A DNA stretch of 64,000 nt from Balanoglossus misakiensis (lineage: Eukaryota > Animalia > Hemichordata), in assembly GCA_040954595.2 (NCBI GenBank), contig CM082589.2:1342009-1406008 (forward strand), in the 5' to 3' direction. How positions within the stretch are numbered: the first letter of the stretch is position 1; every line of letters starts with the position of its first letter. The notes under the pieces were generated by a model. That model had not been told where the DNA came from and made no database searches. It saw only the letters and a list, made by a program, of their open reading frames with translations. This document shows positions 49,985 through 61,542 of this stretch, in pieces. The position numbers and the translations under genes are program-made.

Positions 49985-50794
49985 CTATGTGAAGTCCGAC
50001 TCCAGAGTTTGTGATTTTCTGAGACTAGAGCCCGAAAAATCAACATCAGCTTCTGTGGAATCGTCTTGTGAATTTGGACAGTGTTCGTATTCTGCGTCTT
50101 GTGATGATTTGGTGGCCTGGGCTGTTGGTCTTTGACTTGAAGTCTCATCGCCCGTTCTTGGCATCGATTTTAGAGGTGGTAGGTTCCTTCTAGCTTGACA
50201 TTTTTGGTATGTGTCACCATCTTGTTGACTTTTCTCTGAATTTTGATGCTTTGTGTCATTACTACTACGTGATCTGCTATACCCAGAATTCCCGTTTTCT
50301 TCCTCTTCGCTTGCACTTTCTTTTCTTGCAAGATTCTCATCACTGCCATTTTGTAATTTCAGAATAAGTCTCAACACCCCAGTAAACCACTGAGGAACCT
50401 CCTCCGCCAGCAATAGGCGTTTTTCGTGCTGTCGAATAGCTTCTAAATTTTCTCGAAATCGTCTGATGACCAGATGTGTAAGTCCTGGTTTAATCTGTTC
50501 GCATAGAGCTTCGATTCCAGTGGATTTTGTGTACATAACCACGGCCTCCGTCTTTTCTGATAATAATTTTTCGAGCATTGGCAGCGAGATTTCTTTTTCA
50601 AAATCTTTCATAGATGTCTGTTTTTCCTGAAGCAGCATTTCCAACTCACTCCGTACATGTCGTCGGATCTGCATCTCAATCTCCCTTAGCAACACGTGGA
50701 CGTGTGAATGTTTCTTCATCAGATGCCTTTTGACATCGTTGCCATGATCCTTTGGATCAAGTCCCTGGCCTTTCAGAAACGCAGTGCTGTTCAT
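49985..50794 (-). CDS. Intronless uncharacterised protein, 269 aa (helical N-half, disordered acidic C-half)
   Basis: 810-nt ORF with AAAATG start, protein-like composition, and minus-strand AATAAA at about 49946 just past the stop. Divergent from TPMT. Confidence 0.75.
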   Translation of the reverse strand: MNSTAFLKGQGLDPKDHGNDVKRHLMKKHSHVHVLLREIEMQIRRHVRSELEMLLQEKQTSMKDFEKEISLPMLEKLLSEKTEAVVMYTKSTGIEALCEQIKPGLTHLVIRRFRENLEAIRQHEKRLLLAEEVPQWFTGVLRLILKLQNGSDENLARKESASEEEENGNSGYSRSRSSNDTKHQNSEKSQQDGDTYQKCQARRNLPPLKSMPRTGDETSSQRPTAQATKSSQDAEYEHCPNSQDDSTEADVDFSGSSLRKSQTLESDFT

Positions 50795-52093
50795 TTTTAC
50801 ATAAATTCTTCAGACTTAAAAAATCAAGCACAATTTCTGATGGCGACCAAAAAGCATATGCTTCGTAATTTATTCATTGATCGTATTCGAAAGTTCGATA
50901 TCGCGTGTTCTTTTGCGTCTTCGCGTTGATTGCGGATGTTGTGCTGCGTTCAGCCCTTTCGAAGCGAGTACTTCTAAAAGTAAAATAAAACTGAATTTGT
51001 CACAAACGGTACGTTGATCTGGTACGAAACTATATAATTTTTGATCACCCTTTACTTTTTGCTGAACCTAAATTAATTTAGGCATAATCTGACCATAATC
51101 CTGTCAACTGGAGATGGTTTTGGACACTGTAAAAAATTTTTAATGACTTTCCGATATTCATGTATTCATGACCTTTCACAGGTCCCTATGCATGAATGAC
51201 TACTAAAATACATGAAAGCGCGTTGGAAAATAAACAACATTTCCTGGAGGGACGATGTTCTCAGTAAGCCAGGTGAGAATACGCTGCATTTTAATGTTAA
51301 ACAGAAGTGTAACCACTAAGCGTAAGAAGCGAGAACGTTCACTTTCAGAATATTGGCTATGAATTGACCCGGAAGTAGATCTCGCAATTTCCGGTCTTCA
51401 GGTTGTGAACGTAAAGGACGTCTCTTGCGGTGCTCAAGGTCACCTAAGGTCACACGGTAACCCACGGCCACTCTAAAGTTATCAGATTAAAATTGTAATC
51501 ATGATAATAAGAGTGCTGCGATCTGACTGAGTACTGTTGACGTAAAGGATTGTCTCTGCTGCTGATCTGGGTCAGTCAGCTGCAGGCGTTATTTCAGGTA
51601 TGGAAATCGTGATGGCATTTTATTTTTAAACAGAAATTGTTAACAGGTTGCTAAAATTGGAATACGAAAACGTCGTGGCTCGCATGACCTAATAATTTTA
51701 AGAATAGTGGATCAACCCCCAAGTCCTGGCCAGCCATGCTTCATAATTATATTATTTTCAGTTTCACTTTTCAGTCTGTCATCATGGCCTTGGGATTTCT
51801 AGCAGGCGTTACAAACAAGTCCCGGTGTTACCTCTTTGCCCAAATTAATAGCTATGGTTTTATTGGTTTCGACCATTTTGGCCGCTTCTGACCGAAATAC
51901 GTGTTGATAATCAGAACACTCCAACAGTGACCTCAATAACTATTTGCTCTGCTCACGTACACAGTCCCTAACTGTGGGCGTGTGAAAACAACATAACTTA
52001 AAAGTTTGTCGCATGAGGGCGCACATAAAAGAATTCGTAGGTATTACACAGTATGTGATTTCTTTCCTATTTTCTTTCAGCTTGACGTCGAAA

Positions 52094-53739
52094 ATGGCTG
52101 AAAATAATAAAGTTGGAGATGTATTTCCAAGACAAGAAGAAGATCAGCTGACAGTGGAATCGTGGGATGAGAGATGGCACCAGGGAAGGACAGGATTTCA
52201 TAGAGACTATGTGGATAGGTACATGTATATACTGTAATTTTAACTCATACTTAAAGAGTTGCAAGGTTTGGAGAACTATAATTTTTCCGCATATCTTACC
52301 TTTGCAGTGTCCTGAAAAGACACATGGATTTGTTAACTTCTGGAAGAAAAGGGATTCGGATATTCCTTCCAATGTGTGGGAAGACATTGGATATGAAATG
52401 GTGAGCATGAATTCTTGAAACTCAGATTATTTCTCAAAACATGACAAAAATGCATAGGACATTTAAAATGTGTCTTTTATTTTTTGAGATGACAGAATTA
52501 TTCTTATAAATTTAGGTTAGCTGATCTTGGATACACTGTCATTGGAGTTGAATATTCCGAACTGGCCATCAAGACTTTCTCTGAAGAACAAAATGTAGAG
52601 TTCACACAACAGTCAGTTGATGGGATAAAAAATTGTACACTTTACAAGGTGAGTGGGCTTATCTACATATTTTAGTGTGAAATTCCTGTATGTCTGAATC
52701 AAAGTTAAGTCCATAACCAAATTTTTGGTCTAATAATTTTATTCACAGAGTAAAGATGAAAAGATTCAAATCTATCAATGTGATTTCTATGATTTTTCAA
52801 GGTAAGTTATGATATTAACCAAACCAAATGTGAATTGAAATTATTGCTGTGTTTGCTTAAATATTTTCTTAGCATGTTTGGAAAAGCTGCTTTTGCTAAA
52901 GGACCCTATAAACCGCTTGATGAACATAAATTAACGAAAATTATTTGTGTTGATTTTAGTGAAATCATTGGACAAGTGGATGCAATATGGGACAGAGGAG
53001 CGTTTTCAGCCATTATGTACAAATATAGACAAAAGTATAATTCATTTTTGTTGCAACATTTAATAAATAATCATTGTATTTCTCATTTATCATAATTAAT
53101 GCTTTGGTTTTGATGGATCTTGCCACCTTTCCAAATTGATAGGTATATTTTTTTTATTAACACAGATATGTTGATGTCATAGTGTCACTCATGAAAGCAG
53201 ACACAAAGTATATCTTGATTACTGTTTTATATGACACATCAATTATGACAGGTTGGTTTTCACTCTTTTATACATCTGTTGTTTTAAAATTTGATATCAA
53301 CATCAAGCACTTTACAGATACATAGAAACACACTTTAATCAACTTAATTATCATGCATAATTAAAAGGTCATAGGTGACAATGACATACGCATCTTTGAT
53401 TGGACAATTATATCTTTGCAGCACCGCCCTATTGTATTCCAGTAGAGGAAGTACAATATACATTTGGTAAGTAATTGTGAAGTTCTGGGAAATGAAATGA
53501 AAAGCACTTGGTTGCCAGCGTAATTACTTCTGTAATTTTAAAGGCACCAGATTATTGGCTAAGATAGCTGTTCACATTTATCTGGTAGCTAAAAATGAGT
53601 ATGTTATTTGTTTGTAGGTGACAAATGCACTGTGACGAAGATAGCAGAGTATGAGGAGGATAGAGAAATTTGGAAGAAAAAAGGACACAAATATTTTACA
53701 AATATTGTTCAGCTTTTAACTCTTAAAATATCACAATGA
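52094..53739 (+). CDS. TPMT: Thiopurine S-methyltransferase-like
   Basis: Exons 52094-52218, 52308-52400, 52516-52648, 52749-52801, 52960-53034, 53166-53251, 53422-53466, 53618-53739. Motifs: WDERWHQGRTGFH, RIFLPMCGKTLDMKWLADLGYTVIGVE, IYQCDFY, DAIWDRGA, APPY. Confidence 0.92.
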
Positions 53740-55169
53740 ATCTCATTTATCTATGATCTGAACCTTTCTCTGTATTTTCATTGAGTTCTGTCATCATAAT
53801 TATGTGTTTCATTATTTTTATAAACAATAAAATAACATTTTACATTGGGAGTGGGCATAAAAGTAATCAAAAGACAAAAAGCGGAAGTCAATAAAATTAT
53901 ATTTTTAATGCACAATAAAAGTCTGTACATGTTTTTTTTTATACAGAGTTCAATTCTTGAATGATTGCAAAACACGAGTACATTATTCAGCTTACAACAC
54001 GTAGCATTATGACAACGTCTGTGATCTTAGTATGCTAAACAACTTGTCGATCACATCAACCAATCACAAGCTTCAGAAAATGCACCTGGTGAATCAGATG
54101 ATCGGTGAGGTGCCACGTGGCCACGTTTCCATCATTCGGAACCCAATCTTCGATGTACAAACACCACGACTGAAAGTAGTGACGAGAACGACCTGTTCAT
54201 TGCCAGAGCAATTTCCGACATCCAACTGGAAGTGAAAGTCATGACTGTGACGATATGGACTGGATTTTCCAAGATTTTGGCAGCCTCATTGCGATAACAC
54301 CCAAAAACGATGGATCGTGGAAAGTGACTTGACGAAAATCGAGGGTGACTTTCTCCTGGCTTGCAGCCCCTGCGCACATGCATACTCTTCTGTAAGTAAC
54401 AGTTTTCTGTCGTTTTTCTTGAAAAAAGTAAATTTAAAGTCATTCCTTTTGACTAGGAGTTATCGATTGTACGTCAGCAAGGTAGGCCAACTTCAAGGAA
54501 ATTCTGCTCGTTCAATAAAAACGAAACTTTTAGGCGAAACCGTGCGTGAGGAGGAATGATGAAACCCGATCTGGATATTGCACTGGCGCAGTGCAAAATC
54601 TCAGCGGACAAAATGCAGACCAGTAGCACAAAATGTCCCAAGAGAACAAAGGTTCTGGGCAGGTGTTGTGTTGTAACCACGGTGAAAAGAGTCTCACTAC
54701 AGGTTCATGCTAATCTCCGTCGATGTAAGGCGGCTCCAACTTTGGCTTATTTTGTTTGCCGAAACTCCCTTTGGCTGTCAAAGTCCAAAATTCAATCTCC
54801 CGGGAAGAATACTTGTACTTTCTTTGTTTGTCCGAAACCGTGGTTGTGCGATTCGGTGAAAAAATACAAAAGACACCTGAAAGAATCGATATGGGACATT
54901 GTCTTGTAATCAGTCCAAGGCCAAATAACAGTCCCTCTATTCGAATCGTCGTTCTGGAGCTGGTGCTTACAAGTGGACGGGGCAAATTACTAAATGGTTG
55001 CCTGACAGACTTCATAGCCCCGTCAGGTATCCATGACAACACCATGCAACCGTAAAGAAGCGCATTTGTAGAGCATTAACGTCGGATTTTACGGGAGACC
55101 CGAGAATGTTTAGTATAATCCATTAGAAGCCCCTGGAAACTCAGCAAGGAACGTTAAAGAGGGTTTAAA

Positions 55170-55889
55170 ATGCTTCAACACCATCGAGAACTCAGAAGTC
55201 TTACGAGGCGAAGCGAGGAGAGAGCTCTCCGCATTCACCGTCGGAAAGTAGAGAGCGCCAACACAGTTGTAGATACGCATTGGCAATCAGCAATGTTCAG
55301 ACAGCATTATTATGGGAAGAAGAATATCAACAGAGATCAAAGGGCACTTGAGATGCATAGAAGAAAGGTCGAGAACGCCCATGCTTCTATTGACAACAAG
55401 ATGGCTGCTTACGAAGCGATCAAGCGACGGAAATTGAAGAAACTGCAACTAGACCAGGACAGATTGGCGCAGAGAGAAAAAGATCGACTTGCGAGGATCA
55501 GATCCACTCTGGATAACAAAACGCCGACAAGTTATTCGTATATGAGGCCGAATAAAGGCAAGACGAATCACGATAGAGCGACGCGTATACAAGAAGAAAA
55601 CAGGCAACTTCTCAAGAGATTGCTGCGAATCGATGAAGGAAGAGCTCGGCTAGACAATCATCCGACATCCTACAAACAACACGAAACTCCGTACCAGAAA
55701 AACAAGATGAGGGAATCTGAAAAAATCGACAGAGAAAACCACGAACTGTCGCGGCGACTTGAAGATCAGAGATCTTTCTATGACCACAGGAGGACGCTTA
55801 ATGATTATAAACAACATTTACGAAGAGTGAATGAATTGTCGAAGTTTCCAATGTGGAATAGCAGTGGGAATGAGTGGAAAAATTACTAG
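55170..55889 (+). CDS. CFAP97/KIAA1430(hemingway)-domain protein, intronless
   Basis: HRRKV...IDN, KKLQL, RIQEENRQLLKRLLRI, KIDRENHELSRRL..SFYD and C-terminal SKFP match the CFAP97D1/D2 pattern. Confidence 0.8.
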   Translation: MLQHHRELRSLTRRSEERALRIHRRKVESANTVVDTHWQSAMFRQHYYGKKNINRDQRALEMHRRKVENAHASIDNKMAAYEAIKRRKLKKLQLDQDRLAQREKDRLARIRSTLDNKTPTSYSYMRPNKGKTNHDRATRIQEENRQLLKRLLRIDEGRARLDNHPTSYKQHETPYQKNKMRESEKIDRENHELSRRLEDQRSFYDHRRTLNDYKQHLRRVNELSKFPMWNSSGNEWKNY

Positions 55890-58206
55890 GATATTCTTGA
55901 AGTACAGTTCTTCCCGGACGCGTTTCGGGAGCTGACTCCGTCCCGTTATAATAAGAGTGTTGTTTATCCATGGGATTTGTAGATAGGTGATATGACATTA
56001 CTTATGTACACTGTATAGTGGGAAACCGTTCTTTACTGTGCAAATCGCGATAACCACCTGTTGATTTCGAGTCTGTCAAACCACCACCACCACCACCACC
56101 ACCTAATTTGTCAAACATGGATCGAGAAGAATACTCGCAATACTACATGTACCAGGGAGTGTATGCGTTGTGCTTTGTAAACCTGTTATTGGCGGATTTC
56201 TTAAGTTGAATAGGCCTAAGTCTTATGTCGCATTGATGACACGACGTCACAATCCACTGACAACAATGGATACAACACACTTGTCAAGGAAATCGGTGCC
56301 CGTGGTGTCGACATTTAATGGAGTCACCAGTAAGGTTGAGGAAAGTGACGTCAAAATACCGTTGCTATGTTAGGAGACGATTCATCTACTTCGTTTACTC
56401 GTGTCGGGGGACCAATTCTGCCTTTTGTTTTGTGTAATATTCCAATTTGTAAGCATGAACATGACTGGGACGCTTTGATTGTACATATACTTTGAACATG
56501 TTGTAAAGGTGCCACATCGCGATAGACAATACGGCTGAAGTGGGTTTAGACCACACCTATCATCTTTTGTCTTGTTAGAATCAAATATGGTGCAAAGCGA
56601 CCAACAATCATTTGGGCTACCTTCTTCATACTTTTGTTTGAAATACATGTATATATACAATTTTTAGTTGTCAACTAAATAATTTACATGCACACACATG
56701 CAATGCATACATGTATGCACAGACTGTCACTTGTTTTAATAAACTATTCAGAATTGGCGACGTTCAAGTTTGTATTTTATTCCCAATTTTTCAAAATGTA
56801 AAGCATTGTGTGATTTAAATCGAGCACCCGTGGGTTTTTAGGCCCTTAGTCATGCAAGAAGCACGTGTCAATTTTACGATACCAGCCAGTTTAAGGAACT
56901 CAGCGAAAAAAAACAAATGATATCAAAGTCATTAGCAACATGACACTTAATGAATTTCGCCTGGTTGTCAATAGCGACTGACTATCGCATACACGATTCA
57001 ATAATGCCAGGTCGGAATTATTGACCCGGTCTACTAGATTTGAGAGCAACATGCCTACATACTTAAATGTTACGAAGGACGAAGTGTTGTTATGGTAACA
57101 GGAATTAACAAATGCGTGCGCAACACGTCAATCGGATATAAAGCCTTGGGTGGATAGAAAGGCGACAACTGTTTGTTAATTTGGAGCGTAGCAACTGATA
57201 AAAAAATAGTTACATGCAAATCAACTATAGTAATCGGATTTAAGCATTAAACGCTAAAAGAACTACTGCAGTAGTCTAAAAGATTATGAAATCAGATTCA
57301 ATCTGATTTTATTCAGGTGTGTAGAAATATACATGTACTTTGAGTTTGATGGTCATGTGGCGGCGCCCTTGTTTACCTCTGCTGGGGGTCAACAGTTGTT
57401 GATAGGTAAACAACTTGGATACCTGTGCTGCCCGCGGTCAAGCCGCAGGTTATTAAATTTTCCGCGAAACTTTTGATACAATCGCTCCAAGACTGAAACG
57501 AGATTTAGTGACAGATAAGATGTACTGCCACCAACAAGGGACTTAACGTGAGTGGACTTAAAACTTTGCGCTTAAATTGATAAGAAACCGATCGAAGTAT
57601 TGATTTGTTTATCAATGGAGGTACAATGTACATTGTAGGCTGCAAATATAAATGACCTTGAGTGACGTCAATGTGAGATAATAAGAATTCTGATATAGAA
57701 TCACATCGAATTTCGTCACTATCTAAGTGTGGAGCAGAGTCGAGACTAAGATTGAAAGTATTTAAATGCCGAACTTTCCGGGTCATTTGTTTTGCTCCGC
57801 ATACAAAATGAAAACAAAGTTTATAAATGGACGATCGTGGGTCAGTTGACCAGTCAATTGCGTTGTCATATGCAAACCTGTCATTCGTGACCGACAGGCA
57901 GTGTTTCAAGCTCTGAATTTTACTGATAACTTGACATTTTAAGTGGTAGTACTTAATTGCAACTGCACATATCATGTATTTAATCCCATTATCGCCCGAA
58001 GACGTGATTCTTATCAACATTGTCATTTCGTCACTTGACCTTAAATGACCTTACAACACTTCTATATACTACTTTTTATAACATAAACTATGGAAATATG
58101 ATAACCACTGGTATGTCATTTTATTGAGTATACTGACACTAATAAACTTAATTTTTTTTGTCTTGCAGAATTTAACATCTAAGTCTGTGAGGTGTTAATT
58201 GGAATC

Positions 58207-61165
58207 ATGAATGTCAACACGTATCTGACACCAGGGTTGGTAGAGAGCCACACCCATCTTATAAGACTTGTCCCACTGTCTTGGAATGTCCTGACAAGAC
58301 CACCTCACTATTTCTTGGATCTGAAGATGTGTCAAATCACCACTCTTGCTTACAATTTCCAGTTTGGAGATGACTAGTAAGTTTTGTTTTGTGTTTGAAT
58401 TCAATTTCCAGTGAGAATAATCTTGTCTGCATGTATTACATTGTTTGGTATATTTCATGGCTGATACATTCACTGGAGTCTAGTAACTGTGCTATGTTGA
58501 ATTACTTAAAAATAAACATTATTTTCCTTTGCAGTGTACAAAGTCCAAGATCTCTGAACATCATCAAGGAACCGTCCAGATGTTTGAAACTAGATTTATC
58601 ACTCAATGATTTACACGTCTTGAAACATGAAGGATTATATCCCTTCAAAGAATGTAGGCATTTAGATATCTCTCTCAACAGAATTGAGAGGTATGCATGT
58701 TCCATTTTTTCTTCTTATAAAACATTTTTGTTTGTAGCCAAAATCAGTGTTGTTATTATACAAACTAATTCATGTATTTTTTCCCCCATTTAACAGGTTT
58801 ACTGGAATTGAAATTATGCCATACCTGGTGTACTTGAATCTATCCCATAATTTTATCAGACGATTAGATGGTTTAGATAAATGTAAATTTCTTGAAGAAT
58901 TGGTAAGTTGTTAAACTCAAATCTTCTTATAAAGCCAAAATGCAAAATCAGCCATATGTATTAATTTATTATTTTTCAAAGTTTATGCTCCACATGCATA
59001 TCTATTAAGTGTATAATCTGTTATTGATTTGGTAGAATCTTGGTATGAATGAACTGACCGGGATCTCGACAATGCCACCTTTGAGAAGTCTAACAACGCT
59101 GTTTCTAAATAACAACAAAGTAAGTACTTCATCATCTACTGTGATTTATTTACAGCTGATATTGAGTAACAGACAATGATCTTGAGTTCAGTCATCAACT
59201 TTTTGTTTTGATTTATAATTTACTTTCAGATCGTGTCTTTGGATGGGATTCAGGCACTGCCTAAGTTACAGGAACTCTACGTTCAGAAAAACAGACTTGT
59301 AAGTCAGTAGTATATTATTTCAGAATTATAGTGTGATAACAAGTGACATTTTAGTTGAATTATATAAGATGAAAAGTAATTTTTCTGTCCAGTAAGTGTG
59401 CCAAGCAGCACGCAGGGTAGCGCCCTCTACAGGCCAATTACTTCAACTTGGTGTCCAATTTTCTTTTCACAGAAAGATATCAAAGCAGTCGCCAGTTCTT
59501 TCAATCTGATTATATTGGATGCATCTGAAAATCAAATCTCAGACACACATCATACATTTGCAATTCTCAGAGGTTTGAGAAGACTGACAGAATTACATCT
59601 TTATGTAAGTCTTTTTTACATTTTTAGTCTCTCTTTGAATGTATTTACTACAAGCTGATATATGATGTAAGACAAGTTTCAATATTTTTCTTTACGTTAG
59701 CATGGAAACTAACAGTTATAAGTGGTTGTCATGGTTATATTTTACAGGGAAATCCGATAGAGAGAGCAAACCATTACAAAGAATCGATCATCCATTCAAC
59801 CACAGTTCATGTTTTAGATGGACTAACTCTGAAAAGTCCGTATAAACCGATTCCTGTAAGTACTCTGTTGGGCAAAGTACATCGGTGGTCGGCCATATTG
59901 GCCAATTCCAACACTTATTTTCACTGACTGCAAGTTTTCCATGTTTTCTGCTAGGAAATGAAAATTTTTTTTTTTATTAATAACTGACTTGGGGTATGTC
60001 TTACCGTGGGTTACCATGGAAATTTGCAAACTTTACTTTTGAAGGAAATTGGGATTGAAGATCTTGGTAAAGTTGATGGTTTGAAAGCAGCAGCTAAGAG
60101 AGCTTATCAAGACCAACTCCATAAACATCGACGAGAAGCAGAAGAAAATGTCAAGTTTCTTCAGAGAAGAATCATGTATGTATTTGTTAAGATCTTTTCA
60201 TGAAACAATTTCAATTTCTGTAACCTTTTTTTCAATTCTTGTCACCAGAAAACTACTGTTAGTGAGGACAGTTTTAAGCACAAATTCAGCTTGGTTGTCT
60301 TTCTATATTTCATTGTAAAATTGAAATGTTCTTTTTATCGACCTAACAGCTCCATCAAGGCAGAGCATACGGATTACGAGAAAAGATTACAGAGAGATTT
60401 GAATGCCTGTGTTAGGTATTTGGATCATGTCTCTTCCGATGACAGCTTTAAAGTTGATGAAAAGTTCATCAAAGACAGTACTACAAACCCATACATACCA
60501 AAACCATGGTCCAAGGTAATTTGTAAAATCTTAAATCCAGTCACCTCATTACAATTTTTTGTGTGACTTGCATGGTGGAAATGCAGTAATATAACATGAT
60601 CATGACTTGAGCAATGGATCTTACAGACTAATTTTGATACCGAGTTTTAAATTTAAAAATAATCCCATTATATTTTAGGAACCTCGTCATTGGCCGAGAG
60701 AGTCTGAATTTCTAAACAACCGTCAGCCACGACGATATGGCAGAGAGGTTTCCTTGGATACACCATTGGACACAGAGAGACAACATCTGCCATTACCTGA
60801 TGAGTATCAACCGTCCCATCTTGATGTCAGTAATGGCAGGGAAAACTTCAGAGGTCTGAAACGCACTGACGATGTGAGTGAATTTTGTCAAGACATATCA
60901 ATAATATGGCTATTGGAGGATGATGGAATGTTTTCTTAGAATAAGTACTCTTGGATTGCTGGACAGTGAAGTAATGATATGAACCTCTGCAGATAACAAA
61001 CTATGGCTGTGTGTATACTGGAACTGGTATATTCGTCTCAATGTATAGTAACTGTAGACTGTTGTGTGTGTGTTTTCTCCACAGGTCTTACATGCAGCTG
61101 CTGGAGTATTGGAGAAGGAAAAGTACAGTGGAACACTCAACAATGGACAAATAGGTGATATCTAA
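58207..61165 (+). CDS. SDS22-type leucine-rich-repeat protein with LRR cap and C-terminal coiled coil
   Basis: Approximate exons 58207-58376, 58535-58690, 58797-58902, 59036-59119, 59230-59298, 59472-59604, 59748-59855, 60044-60175, 60350-60515, 60679-60873, 61085-61165. Repeats LDLSLN, LDISLNRI, LNLSHNFIRRLDGL, LFLNNNKI, LYVQKNRL, LDASENQI; cap LYGNPI...Y....VLDG. Confidence 0.88.
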
Positions 61166-61542
61166 CAAATGTAGCCATCACCCCTCCAACATTTGGTATA
61201 GTCCACATGTTGTACAACAGTGGGTTATGGCTAAGTGTACCCATCACCCCTGTAACTAAAATTACCAGTACTACTGTATAATTCAATTTTTATGTTTATG
61301 TACATATGTAAATATTGTAAAAAAAGATCAGAGATGTGTGTGTTTGATGTTTGATAAACTTTATTCATCCTGAGAGTGATTGGCAGTTACAAACAAAATC
61401 TTTAGTGTAAAATTTTATTGAAATTATCCAAGTACTGTGATATGAAATATGGTACATCTTAATTTTCTCATAAAAATGTTTGAAATTGGTAATAGTTACT
61501 GTTTTAAGACTCTCAATATCACACTTCACTTATGAGAAGTTC

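Noticed and set aside
54030-55055. Group of 67-117 aa ORFs on both strands between TPMT and the CFAP97-like gene
   Set aside because: Hand translation showed no motif, consistent frame or splice chain; may be non-coding or promoter DNA.
57505-58026. 173-aa minus-strand ORF
   Set aside because: No family features; it overlaps the probable promoter/5' UTR of the LRR gene.
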